Positions 50,329-62,982 of a DNA stretch of 64,000 nucleotides are shown in pieces; within the stretch, counting starts at the first letter, position 1; each line of letters starts with the position of its first letter. Both the position numbers and the translations under genes were made by a program. Below the pieces are notes generated by a model. That model had not been told where the DNA came from. It did no database searches and saw only the letters and a list, made by a program, of their open reading frames with translations. This DNA comes from Lytechinus pictus (Eukaryota), in NCBI RefSeq assembly GCF_037042905.1, contig NC_087250.1, positions 25,236,001 through 25,300,000 on the forward strand. The letters run 5' to 3'.

Positions 50329-52844
50329 CTATATATATACACAACAAAAATAGTAAGTCCCCCCTAAATCAAATTGCTGTAACTTTTGAACGGAATTATT
50401 TTGAGGTATGATATTTCGTAGGTTGTTTTCTACACTCATTAAAGTTGAATTAAGAAGACGATTCCAAATATTGAGATATTTACATTAATAGCAACCTTAC
50501 AACCCCCCCAAACAGTAAGAGGTACGTGATTCGACCCCCCATTTTCTTTTTTAAAAATAGTGAATTTGAACGATTTATCCCTACCCATTTTCCCCGAGTT
50601 CGCTCATGCAATGCCTACCGAGACGGGTGTTCTTTGACTGTGACGTCCCGGTGTAGTAAACAAGGCAGTGCCGTTTTGTGTACTATACACGTACGCCTTC
50701 ATATTTACTTCTGTGTCAAAACTTCATTTTATCGCTATTGATTATATTATGTGAACGATACTGAAAGGAAGTAATAATTATTCAAAGACATATAGTCAAT
50801 AATATAACCCTACATTGTTAAAACTGTTCTTCTTTGTAGCCATTTTAGACGATTTTAATGCCTTGTTTTCGTTCGGGACTGTGTCCGTGGCGAAACAAGT
50901 CAAAATGAAATAAACTGCAGTTGAAGTTGTATCTACGAGCCGGAGAACTTGCAAAGAGGAAATGATTAAAAGTATATTTATGGCCGTACTATTATTCCTA
51001 ATATGTAAATTCCCTCAGAATGATACCATAGACCCTAAAGGAATAATTTCAAGGCGAATAATATTAAATTTGATCGAGATCTTCTCACCAGTCGATAACG
51101 TAGCAGACGTGTTATTATGACATATTTATCCGCGTGTGACGCGGCTCTTGCAAAAAACACAGTTGGTTGCGGAATTGCTTTGTGCCGACCGGCCGCCCGC
51201 TCCGGCTCAGCTAGCTGTCGAGCTACCGTACTATACCGCATACCTTTCTTGCTGTTTTCAAGTTTTCAACTCACTTGCGAATTGCGTTTATATGTGTGAC
51301 GATGACCTCTAGCGTAATTAAATATAGAAAACAACTCGGAAGGCCGAGAAGAATAGTACGTTTGATTCAAGATTGTTCTGTGGAATGAGCTATGAGTGGA
51401 AATGATCCAGAGGATATAAAAATGGAGTCAAAGACGAAAGGAAAGAAGAAAAAGACGCCAGGGGATCGCTGCATGGTCATGAACTGCGGGTCGGCAAATA
51501 CCGGTACCAGACTAGACCACTACTGTACAGTACACACTCAATGCCTGGGTGTTGTGTGTATAGGCGTGCAGCGCGCGCAGAGCTGAGCTAGCCGCCGGAA
51601 TTACTTTCCAGCTACTCACTTGATGGAACATCGTGATAAAATAAATGAGAAATAGTGAAAATATCATTCAATAACTAACTGTTTGCAATCTTACATCGTG
51701 ATTTAAGAGTTCATGATAGTTATTCATACTGTTTTTTATACAGGGAAAGTAAAGATTTGTACATACGATTCCTATTTGTTTGATTTGAGTTGCTTTGAAA
51801 AAAAAAAGTAAAATCATCTTTCTCTCTCTGCATAGCATTTCTGTATTATATCCGGACACCTCTTATACTAAATTCCCCCCGGTGACGTCACACTCAGAGT
51901 GATTTTTCTGTACACTCGTCTCTCGGGCTCTGACAGCTGCTAATTTCATAGACTTTCAAAGCAAAATATCGAGAAGGCAGAGTATTTTTGTGACATGCTA
52001 TCTGTTTGAACAACTGATATATAGTCCAGGGGCGGATCCAGCTTTTTATAAAGGGGGGGGGTTGGGGTGGTATGCGAGGGAGCGTAGCGACCGAGTCCAA
52101 GCGAGCGGAGCGAGCGAGGGGGGAGGGTGTGGGAGGGGGGTGTCCCCCTCCCACAGTAGGGAAAATTTTTGAAAATCTGTGTGTAAAAATACATAGAAAT
52201 AGAATAAAATAAAATTACAAGTTTAAAAAAAAAGATAAGATTAAAAAAAATGGTCCCCGGATTTTTTTTTTTTTTTTTTTTGGGGGGGGGGGTTGCAACC
52301 CCCCCAACCCCCCCCTCTAGATCCGCTTCTGTATACTATATATTGTGTGTGGAACCCATATTTATGGAAACTCACCCCCTTCTTAATTCAACTTTAAGCA
52401 ACTCCTGGTGAAAAATAAAATTGATCGGTTGAGTCATGCATGAGTAATTAAAGATTGAATTAAAAATTGCCATTTTTGAAAGTCACAAGAGTCGTTTTTC
52501 AGATTGTGCAAATACAAAGTTGGGCAAAAGTTGTTTTTAGGTGAATTTTATGGTGTTATGCTGTTTTACTATCCATCGATCATTCAGCCACTCCACACAC
52601 AATTTTGATATCGTATGTTCATGGTTGAGTGAGCACAATGTATTGCAGGGGCCGCGGAAGCGGGGGGGGGGGGGGGGGGCTTCAGCCCCCCTCCCCCACT
52701 TTTTTCCAAATGCATGTACAAAAATGTAAAAATGACCATACGATTGTGATTTTTTTGCATGGTCAGCCCCCCCCCCCCCCTTTGGAAAGTTGATTCATGA
52801 TTTTGCCCCCCCCCCCCAATCTGAAAAATGGATCGACGCCCCTG
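49771..52844. mobile_element. Composite 3.07-kb hAT-like insertion in the GPCR, with nested MITEs, (TA)n and a THAP-like remnant
   Basis: CCCTA duplicated at 49766-49770 and 52845-52849; right end GATCGACGCCCCTG; left TIR appears clipped. Confidence 0.7.
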
Positions 52845-53270
52845 CCCTAAGTAGTAGTTCATGGTTACTATCATTGCCGGAAGGGCCCACGAAACAGAAA
52901 CGATGAGTGCCAACCTCGGTGTCGTAAAAAGATCGTTGGAGCTTCCCAATGGTTTTGTAATCTTAACACACCTCATAAAAGCAATAACAGCCAATGTGGA
53001 GCTTGTGCTATACATTGATATTGCCACCACCATCACGGTCAGTTGTTTTAGAACATTTGGCATGGGCGGCTCACCGGGCGACAAAAGAGCCGTGATCTGT
53101 AGTGGAATACACAGGCAGGTTATCAAATCACCGAATGCCAGATTGACCACAAAGACATTGGTTTTGGTTCTTAGTTTAGTCGACAGGAATACAGAAAGGA
53201 TCGTGCACTGAGACCGTTGCCTACAATTCCAGTAATTGATATCATGATAAGAAACGAGGCGGGGAGTATA

Positions 53271-53444
53271 CAGGGGCCGCGGAACGGTTTTCAAAGTGGG
53301 GGGGGGGGGGCTGAGCCAAAAGTGGGGGGGCTGACCATGCTAAAAATCACAATCATATGGTAATTTTTACGTTTTTGTACACGGTTTTGGAAAAAAGTGG
53401 GGGGGGGGGACTGAAGCTCCCCCCCCCCGGTTCCGCGGCCCCTG
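53271..53444. mobile_element. 174-bp hAT-like MITE with 5-bp TSD in the GPCR N-terminus; related copy at ~52647-52785
   Basis: TIR CAGGGGCCGCGGAAC/GTTCCGCGGCCCCTG; GTATA duplicated. Confidence 0.85.
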
Positions 53445-53625
53445 GTATATACCCAGAAGGGTGGATCGGTGTTCGATCTCCAGATATCGATGAACTTGCG
53501 TTGTCATTCATGCCTTGATCCTGTATAAAATAAGACCAGTATGCAGCTATACAGAGTGCGTGAAAAAATTTTGTGGTGATTCGATCAACTCCTGGTTCGT
53601 GAAGACAAACATATGGCTTCATTCC

Positions 53626-54227
53626 TTAAAGGGGAATCCAACCCAAATAAAAACTTGTTTTTATAAGGAAAAGAAAAATCAGACAAGTTGATAGGTGAAA
53701 GTTTGAATAATATTGGACAAACAATAAGAAAGTTATGAATTTTTTTAAAGTTGTAAATATTGGTAATCACTATACCCATGGAGACTTCAAATTGGCCGCA
53801 TATGGGATGTCATAGTGATGTAAGGCAAGGACTACTCTTCCATGTACTCCAATACATATTATGGCTAAAATGTCATTTTTCCCAAAAGTTTATTTCAAAT
53901 CATATTTTTCTTTCATGAGGACATAAAACAATATACTACCTGGGTTATATTTAGATTACTGCCCCAGGGGAATGGGTACTTAGAAGAAAACCACAAATAC
54001 CTGATAATAAAGTACATGGCCTATGGGAAAATTGTCCTTGCCCTTGTCATAATTTACTTACCCAGTTGCCAATTTGAAATCTACATAGTATTAGTGATCT
54101 CAATTTTAAAGCAGCTATAACTTTCTTATTGCTTGTCGGATTTCTTTCAAACTTTCACCATTCTGTTTAATTTATTTTTCTCCTTCCCATCACAACATTT
54201 TATGGCCAAGGCTGGATTCCCCTTTAA
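53626..54227. mobile_element. Kolobok-like MITE, ~115 bp upstream of the GPCR ATG
   Basis: TTAA-AGGGGAATCCA...TGGATTCCCCT-TTAA. Confidence 0.8.
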
Positions 54228-57208
54228 GCTAATAACCAGCGTACGTTTCACTTTCATACGTTATGAAACTAATAATCAAGTTACGTTTGTCGAGTTTTCA
54301 ATAAAAAAATTGGTAGATCTCTTTTCCTTCTCGAATTCGAAAGAATGGATGAGAATTACAATCCTACAACCCTAATATCTTCTGACCTCCGAAAAAAAGG
54401 TACACCGGAATAACATACGTAATTTAAAAAAGAAAATATATAATTACCATTTCCATGCAGAGAGCGCGAAGTCATTCCAACCAATAAAGCTCGGCCCTAT
54501 CATATCCTACACCTTTCCTTTGCTTTTTTTTCCTCCTTTTTTGTTGTTCTTGTTTGTAGAACTTTTTGGGGCCATAGCCCAACCCTTCCATACGCAGTGC
54601 TGTGCGGTTGGGGTCCAGGGCGGAGCCCCCGGAACTTTTTGATATCAAAGCCATTTAAACCTCGCAGATTGCCGCTATTTTAATCAAATCGAGGGCATAT
54701 ACAGAATATAACTTTTACACAACACATTTATTCAACCCAGTTGCGTAATGAACCAAATATTCTGAGGGGGCAAAACATAGGAATGTGGGAAAAAATTGTA
54801 AAAAGTCGCCAGCGTGCAAAGCGAGCTGGAAAAAAAATTGCCTATATTGAAATTAAAATCTAATTATGTGATAGATTTGTCCATTATATTCAGCAAATAA
54901 CACATTTCTTTGTTTCCATTCATTTCATTATACGTTGTCTCCTATAATTTCTTTTATTTCCTCTTGGGTGTGGAACCAACCCCCTGCGCCTGCATGTATG
55001 CCAGTGATTGAACGGGGGCGTTATAGAGCCATTTGAAGGTGAAATCCGCCAGGGGTCAGCTTGCCCCCCTGCCACCCCCCCCCCCCCCCCCGCCTGTTAC
55101 GCCACTGGTATGAACATTGTTTTAACCATTTATGGTTCAATCAAGTTGGTCCTTATTGTCAATCTATAAAGATTGAAATATTGTATAATTCAAACAATGA
55201 AATACAAAAAATACAAAAGAAATAGTGAGTGAGGTTCATCATCGACTCTCTTATTTGCATGTCACTGAGTTGTGCACACAACTGTTTTGTGAAATAAAGC
55301 GAAACTTTTAAATGTCATAACTTTCTTATTTTACATCTGATTTTGATGATTTTTTTAGCGTTGTGCTTGTTTGATTTTTCTATATTGATTAAAATCAACA
55401 TTTTTCTGGGGTGGACGTGACCTTTAAAATGACAACCGAATGTTTGTTATCCTTCTCAGCTATTATGTGCTCATCTTTCTTTTGTAATACCATGCGGAAA
55501 TGAAGCACACGATTATGTACTTGTACCCAAACAAACTATATATAATTTTTTTTGGGGGGAGGGGGCTTGTAGCATGCTTGTTTGAAACAGCAAAATATCG
55601 CCATTCAAAGTCGCGACTTTAAAAATCATTTTTTTTTTTTATAAATGAAGTTGGTTACAGGGGGCCTAATTCCACAACATAGGGGGCGAATTAACATTTT
55701 GATAGGTTTTTTTAATTCTTAAATGGCGGATCTACGGGAGGAGGTTTAAACGGTTTAAACCTATAGTCTGCTGGGCAAACCCTTCACTCGAGTTAAGGGT
55801 CTGAATGTGCAGCCTACCCATGCCTTGTGTACTGAAGACGCTCAGGGGAGCGTTTCATCAATATTTTCATCCGACAAGTTGTCAGATCTGACATCTTTCC
55901 TTGATTCTGATTGGCTGAGAGGCACTGTTCCTATGGTAACTTTCGGATAAACTGGTACTTGTCGGATAAAATGTCCGACAAGTCCTTTCATGAAACGCCC
56001 CCCAGGTATGATGGGTATTGGAACAGCAAGTTTTGTATGTGCTGCATGGTCTTTGCGTGGACGCACACTAATTGTTGATCAAAGTTCCAATCAGGGTCTG
56101 TGCCTGCAGACTAGTTTGACCCCTCCCTTGGGCTGCCAATTAAAAAAAATAATGATTAAATTTTTGAGCCAAAATTACCTTCATTTGGTAGTGATTTTTT
56201 TTCTTGCATGTCAGGTTTCTCGGTCAAACCCCCTCTTTGGTAAAAAGCTAGATCCGCCCCTATATAGCTGTTCTCTGACTTCATTTGTCATGAATCTAAG
56301 AAGGCTTTAAGAAACATTTGATAGTAGAAGTCTAGAAATCATAGATTCAACAAGAAATCAGATAATTTGAATTTGTTCTACACAACTCCAAGTGTGGGAG
56401 TCGAATATTTCGATAAAACAAGTTGCATGCTAAAATGCACGCATAAAACTATGTTTTGTGGGGGGGGGGGGGACCTGTCAATCACCTTAAAACAGATTAA
56501 AAATCGGACGCATTCGACAATGAATACGCCAGGTTTCGCGATCTGAAATGAAAGTTGGTAAATCATATATCAAACTATACTTATATCCCTACATTACGTA
56601 ATCAACAATATTAAAAGATCTTCGTCCTCTCGTTGTATGAGGGAGGCGCAATAAAAGTACATTAGAAATAAATTCTTTCTCACTCCGGAAACAGTGACCA
56701 GCAAATCTCCCTTTTTTCAATCTTCATCGCGTAGAATAAAACTTTTAATCTGACGGGGTTTCGGCTGGATCATTTTAGTATCTCACCATTTCATATCTCT
56801 TAACGTGCCACGAACACATATATGTGCACACACTGGAGTGCCACAAACACCATTTTCGTACAATAGTCATACAGCTATTGTTATGCCTATACGGTTACCA
56901 TTGTAGGCCTAACAGTTTTTCTATTGGCAAATCATAATCAAGAAAAGTTTTCAGGTCTGCCAACTTGCCGGACAAAATATTGATGAAACGCTCTGCCGGG
57001 TGTAATAGTTAGAAAGGGGACCGGGGGGGGGGGGGGTGGGCTTGAGCCAACCCCCTGCACAGTGCGCGCAGAGATGAGACCGATGAGACCCCCCCCCCCC
57101 CCTCCGACCAAGCGCGCATTCGGTGTTGTCAAAAAATAACGCAAGTTTTGATTTCTTTTAAGGTGTTTGGCGCGCGTCTCAAAGAACACGTGTGTGGAAG
57201 AGACTATC

Positions 57209-57335
57209 ATGGCTTTCCTAAAGCAGAATCTCTCTTTATGTTTCTTGTCCATTTTTTGTTTCATTTCTTGTTCTGTTGGAGAAGTGATAAATCGGCATGA
57301 ATTAATCGAAATAACAGCAGAGTTAACAGCGGAAG
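57209..57335 (+). CDS. Secreted TMDD1-like death-fold protein, exon 1 (signal peptide + EVINRHELIEITAELTAE)
   Basis: Hydrophobic N-terminus ending SCSVG|E; G|GTAAGC donor, phase 1. Confidence 0.75.
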
Positions 57336-59402
57336 GTAAGCTATTCTATTTGTTTTATTTTGAAGGTGAAACAACCCATATTGGAAAAGAGATACAAAAT
57401 TAAGAGGTAGGATGGGGGGGGGGATGTGTCCGGACACAAAAATTAAGACCTTTTTTAATCTCAGGAATAAGCAAAAATATAGGTTGAATAGCTCTTACCA
57501 CCATCAATATTTGTTCTTTGTAATATTTTCTTACATTATGTGCTAAAAAATCTGAAATAATCCTTATAAACTTTTCAAAATTGAGATTAAAACTCTTGCA
57601 TCCGGACACCCAACCAATCCGGGTAGAATATTAACCAACAGCAGCAGGTGATTATTAAGCCGATCATAATTTCAACAAACTCGGACAAATTTTTATCTTC
57701 TGGCAATGACTGGTGTCCGGTCTATTAATTGATCTAATGATTAGATTAATCAATTTATTTGTTTAGTTTTTTATTCATTTCTTTTTGTTTAACTTAGACA
57801 TGGTATATAGGCCTAATTATCATATTTTTTTTAATATTAATTTTCATATTTCATTTAGACCTAAGAAGGTTAGGCCTATTTCTATTTTTCTTTGATGCTT
57901 TTGTTATTCTATTCTATTTCATTTGATTAATTTATTTATTTATTTAAATTCAATGTTTCTTCCTTATTATTTTCGTCATCATTATTTATCATATTGATCA
58001 ATTGGACATAGACTGCTAAGGCCGCTTTTCAAGAAACTTTGAAGGAAATTTTCATCATCATCATCATTATTATCATTGTTATTTTTATTATTATCATTAT
58101 TATCATTATTATTTTTTTTTTTTGGGGGGGGGGATCCCCAAGCCCCCTTCTCCGTGCCAGTGTACGTCACATCCTCACTCAGTCCCCCTACTGTCTCTAT
58201 ACTCCCTCATCCCATAAGCTTGCCAATTCGTTTGTCTTTCATTATCTTCTAGAATCTAATGAATATACACTTAAAAATAGTTTAAACAACGCTATTTACT
58301 ATGTGAATCGCACAGTAGTTGTTTAAACACTTTAATTAAGTGTTTAAAATCTTAAACAACAAATTCTGATTCAAATATTTATGATGGTGGGCCCCAAGTC
58401 TGCGCACCTAACAATTTGAGTTAAGATTTCACATGAATTTCTTCTTATTTCACAAAATCTTTCAGTACATAAGGTTCCTTATATTATCATGAGTAAGTGT
58501 ACCAAATTTCTCATTGAAAAATGAAAGAAAATATAAGATTTTCTTGAAAAAACCTCGGGCAGTCATTTTCAGATTGAAAAAAAAAATGGTACCCCATGTC
58601 TGCGCACTCATTCACTTTGCACACGATTCGGGGATTTTGATGAGAAAGGCTGCATTTTGAGGCCGTCACATGAAATGCCAACATTTCATTATTTTTCCAC
58701 CATTTTGAGTCAGATTTTTTTATGAATACCTGTTTATGTATTGCATGTGTAAAATCTGTGTTCGTTGCGTATTTTTTTTTACTAGAATCGCGCAAATACG
58801 CATTTATGTAGACTTTTCAAAAAGGGTGGGCAAAAAAGGATTAATATGTTGCACAACATTTTAAGTGTGTACTCGTTTTATTTGCATGTTGAAAATGATA
58901 TAGAAATGAAATTAACCACTTCAAATTAAATTCTTAATACTATAGTCTACCCCTTCCACCTCATTAAGTCATTTAAAAAGAAATATCAGATTCTTGTTTT
59001 CAATGCATTGATCCATTGATGTTTCCGAGTGTTACATTCTGGGGAGCGTTGCATGAAAGGAATTGTTGAAACGTTTAATCCGACAAGCCCTGTTTTTATC
59101 TGACAGTTACAATAGTAACAGTGGTTTTCAGCCAATCAAAATAAAGGAAACCTGTAAGATTTGACAACTTGTGGGACCGTTAATGCTCCCCAGTAGGTCA
59201 GGGAATCGTTTCATGAAAGTTGTCAGCACTGACAAGTTGTCTTTCTCCGACAGTTACCATAGTAACAGTCAGAGCCAGTGCCTTTCAGCCAATAAAAACC
59301 AAGGAATTGTCAGTGCTGACAACTTTCATTAAACACCCACCAGATCCGTAGGCGTATGATATCAACAAAATTCAAATACCCCCCCTGTATTTCACGATGC
59401 AG

Positions 59403-59606
59403 AATGCAATGAGCTGATTGACGCATTGAAGGCCCACTCTTTTGACTGGACCAAGCATATTATAGTCCAATCCCAAGACCAGTCCCTGGACCATGACGCT
59501 CCATCATGTCTTCAGAGACTGGAAAATTGGACCAAGGGAGACACTGGATCTTGGTCCTATCTTTTTCTTGGTCTTCAAGAGATAGAACGACCCGAGTTGG
59601 CCCAAA
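59403..59606 (+). CDS. Secreted TMDD1-like death-fold protein, exon 2 (ECNELIDAL...CLQRLENW...SWSYLFLGLQEIERPELAQ)
   Basis: CAG/GTAAGT boundaries, phase 1/1; LT.EEC, C...L..W and SW..L...L....RP..A resemble recalled TMDD1/C12orf81 and the death-domain C-terminal helices. Confidence 0.8.
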
Positions 59607-59937
59607 GTAAGTCTTTTTCAACATCACAAGCTACATGCGTTCTGCCACCAGACAGTGTTGCAATGACGCCATCTACGTCCATTTATAGATACCTTATCTG
59701 AGGGTAAATCACTAACTATTAATGGGCTCATGTGTTGATAATGAAAAAAAATGCATAGCTTTGTCATTAAGAGATCATCAAAATATCCTTCATTTTCTTA
59801 GAATATGATAATATGTTTTCCTGCTCTTTCTTTCGGTAATAGGTCCGAAACCAGGCTCTGAAACTTCACTGAAGCAATATTATATATCATTGGGAAACTA
59901 ATACATGTATAATGAACAAATGATATATATATACTAC

Positions 59938-60534
59938 TTAAGGGTCAAGTCCACCCCAGAAATTTTTTATTTGAATAAATAGAGACAAATCAAACTAGCA
60001 AAACGAAAAAATTTCATCAAAATCGGATGTAAAATAAGAAAGTTATGACACTTTAAAGTTTTGCTTTTTTTCACAAAACAGTATATGCACAACTCAAATG
60101 AGAAAGTTGATGATGTCCCTCACTCACTATTTCTTTTGTTTTTCATTGTTTGAATTATACAATATTTCATTTTTTATAGATTTGACAATAAGGACCAACT
60201 TGACTGAATCATATGGTATTAAACAATGCTCTTTTCACATGTTCAGGGATGAATTAATCGTTGTTTCACTTGACAATGAGGAGAAAAATAGAATATTCCC
60301 TATTTCATGTAATAAAATACAAAAGAAATAGTGAGTGGATGACGTCATCAGTCTCCTCATTTGCATACCCAACAGGATGTGCATATAACTGTTTTGTGAA
60401 ATTGAGCAAAACTTTAAAATGTCATAACTTTTTTATTTTACATCCGATTTTGATGAAATTTTCAGTGTTATGCTTGTTTGATTTTTCTCTTTTTATTCAA
60501 ATCAATTTTTTGTTGGGGTGGACTTGTCCTTTAA
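59938..60534. mobile_element. Full-length Kolobok-like foldback MITE; partial copies at ~5181-5520, ~22768-23205, ~36779-37280, ~55130-55427
   Basis: TTAA-GGGTCAAGTCCACCCC...GGGGTGGACTTGTCCT-TTAA; multi-copy in the window. Confidence 0.85.
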
Positions 60535-60824
60535 CTGGACTTATCTGAAGCAGTAATAGTCCCAATTTATATCCGTGCGAAAAAAAATTCTTGGAATGTG
60601 CATCATTGATTTTATGTGAATTTATTTATATGACTTATTATTAATGGAATGTATATAAAAATATATATACTTAAAACAAATAGATTCCAATCGTTTAGAC
60701 GACAAGATATTTATTTGCCGCTTTTACAAGAAACAATTGATTTTGAAATAAAACTTATAACTTCCAATCTGGTAAAGTAGCTATTTTTCAGACCTAGAAA
60801 AACAACAACACTATTACAAAATTA

Positions 60825-60871
60825 CTCTTACTACTATACTACTACTACTACTACTACTATACTACTACTAT

Positions 60872-60912
<41 letters not shown>

Positions 60913-60950
60913 TACTACTACGACTACTACGACTACTACTGCTACTATTC
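60825..60950. repeat. (TAC)n microsatellite; a similar tract lies at ~62245-62415
   Basis: Direct inspection. Confidence 0.9.
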
Positions 60951-61259
60951 AATTAAATTCAATTCAATTCATTTATTTTCTCTTTCAATCTTTTTACATT
61001 TACAATGATAGTTCAATATACATATTTACAAAATATAACATTTAAATTATTTTTTTATAATACAATAATACCATGAAATCGAAAGGGAAGGAGACCAACT
61101 AAAAAGCAGAGCTTGTAGGATGAAGGCCCCCTTTTATAAGTAAATTTTATGAATAAAAGATAAGATAAAATAAAGAAATAAACAATATATATATATATAT
61201 ATAAAATGAATAAAAAAATAAACAAATAAAAATAAAAATAAATACAAATAAATAATAAT

Positions 61260-62229
61260 AACAAGTGGAATGCCTCTGGCCGTCTCACCTGCATCACGCG
61301 ATTCAATATAGCAGCAGTGCTGATTTTGAAAACTACTATAACTCGCACAAGATGTTCAGTGATACTTGGTTACTCGTATTTCCACGTTTTATGAATTAGA
61401 CCAATACACTTATAGAGATATGATGGCAATTCAACAAATACCCCCAACGTGGCCAAAGTTTTTTGACCTTACATGACCTTTGACCTTGATCATGTGACCT
61501 GAAACTCGCACAGGATGTTCAGTGATACTTGATTACTCTCATGTCCAAGTTTTATGAACTAGACCAACACACTTTCAAATTTATGGCTGTAATTCAACAA
61601 ATACCCCAGTTTGGCCAAAGTTCATTGACCCTAAATGACCTTTGACCTTGATCATGTGACCTGAAACTTGCACAGGATGTTCAGTAATACTTGATTACTA
61701 TTATGTCCAAGTTTCATGAATCAGATCCATAAACTTTCAAAGTTATGATGGTAATTCAACAGATACCCCCAATTCGGCCAAAGTTCATTGACCCTAAATG
61801 ACCTTTGACCTTAGTCATGTGTCGTGAAACTCATGCAGGATGTTCAGTGATACTTGATTAACCTTAGGTATAAGTTTCATGAACTAGGTCCATATATTTT
61901 CTAATTTATGATGACATTTCAAAAACTTAACCTTAGGTTAAGATTTTGATGTTGATTCCCCCAACATGGTCTAAGTTCATTGACCCTAAATGACCTTTGA
62001 CCTTGGTCATGTGACATGAAACTCAGGCAGGATGTTCAGTAATACTTGATTAACCTTATGGCCAAGTTTCATGAACTAGGTCCATATACTTTCTAAGTTA
62101 TGCTGTCATTTCAAAAACTTAACCTCAGGTTAAGATTTGGTGTTGACGCCGCCGCCGCCGTCGCCGTCGCCGCCGCCGTCGGAAAAGCGGCGCCTATAGT
62201 CTCACTCTGCTATGCAGGTGAGACAAAAA
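61260..62229. mobile_element. Helentron/HINE-like non-autonomous element with internal ~162-bp tandem repeats
   Basis: Subterminal IR GTCTCACCTGCAT/ATGCAGGTGAGAC, terminal stem-loop, (GCC)n microsatellite; TGACCTTTGACCTT core at 61474, 61636, 61799 and 61991. Confidence 0.7.
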
Positions 62230-62536
62230 TAAATGATTCAGTATACACTGTTACTACTACTACGACTATTACACTGTTACACTATTACACTATTACACTA
62301 TTACACTATTACACTATTACACTGTTACTACTACTACTACTACTATTACTACTACTACGACTACTACGACTACTACTACTACAACTATACGACTACTACC
62401 TCTATACTACCATGACTTTTAGTGTTACTACATCTACCGCTTACTTGCTACGTACGTTAGAGCATTTATCATTTTTTAAATCAACAAATTGATATATTAT
62501 TTTGTTGTTTATATTTTTCATAAATCTATATGACAG

Positions 62537-62982
62537 AGTTTGCGCAAGAAGTGTCCAGTGACGTCATCACGAGATTAAGATCGATACCCACTTCCGGTGA
62601 AGAGAAGAGGAGTCGAAAGAAGCGAAGGGCTGGGAACAAGGACCAGCTTCAGACCAGGCCCAAGCCCGGGACCCAGGACGGGCTCCAGGGGGAGAACACT
62701 CAGATGACGAGTAGGGGAAATTCGGAGAGGAGAAGTAATGCTGGAAGAACGCATGTCAAGAGGAAAAGATTAGGAAAGCAAGATACGGGATTAGACACGC
62801 AAGAGAATGAAGGAGCCACGCCATTAGAATTAGTCAATGCGGGAGAGAGGGGAGGAGTCACAAGAAGACAGAGAAAGGGGAGGCAGAAGGGCGGAGCTAA
62901 GAGGAGGAGGATGACGGGGAAGATGAGAGGGAGGAGCAATCGGAGAAGGAAAAGACAACGGGGTCGTAGACCCAGTCCATAG
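62537..62982 (+). CDS. Secreted TMDD1-like death-fold protein, exon 3 with Arg/Lys/Gly-rich tail (total 258 aa)
   Basis: CAG acceptor in phase; KFAQEVSSDVITRLRSI continues the helix; open to TAG at 62980-62982. Confidence 0.65.

Larger units (their letters stand above)
49163..53511 (-). pseudogene. Intronless rhodopsin-class (class A) GPCR, 361 aa reconstructed, disrupted
   Basis: Segments 53511-53445, 53265-53210, 53204-52845 and 49765-49163 join in frame: GIVGN (TM1), NLAFGDL (TM2), AFMRC (DRY position), SW (TM4), FLP (TM6), NSAMNPLVF (TM7); two insertions with TSDs plus a frameshift. Confidence 0.88.

Noticed and set aside
49771..52844. Genuine intron of the GPCR
   Set aside because: Boundaries are a TIR and a direct duplication rather than GT-AG; a separate frameshift also exists near TM1.
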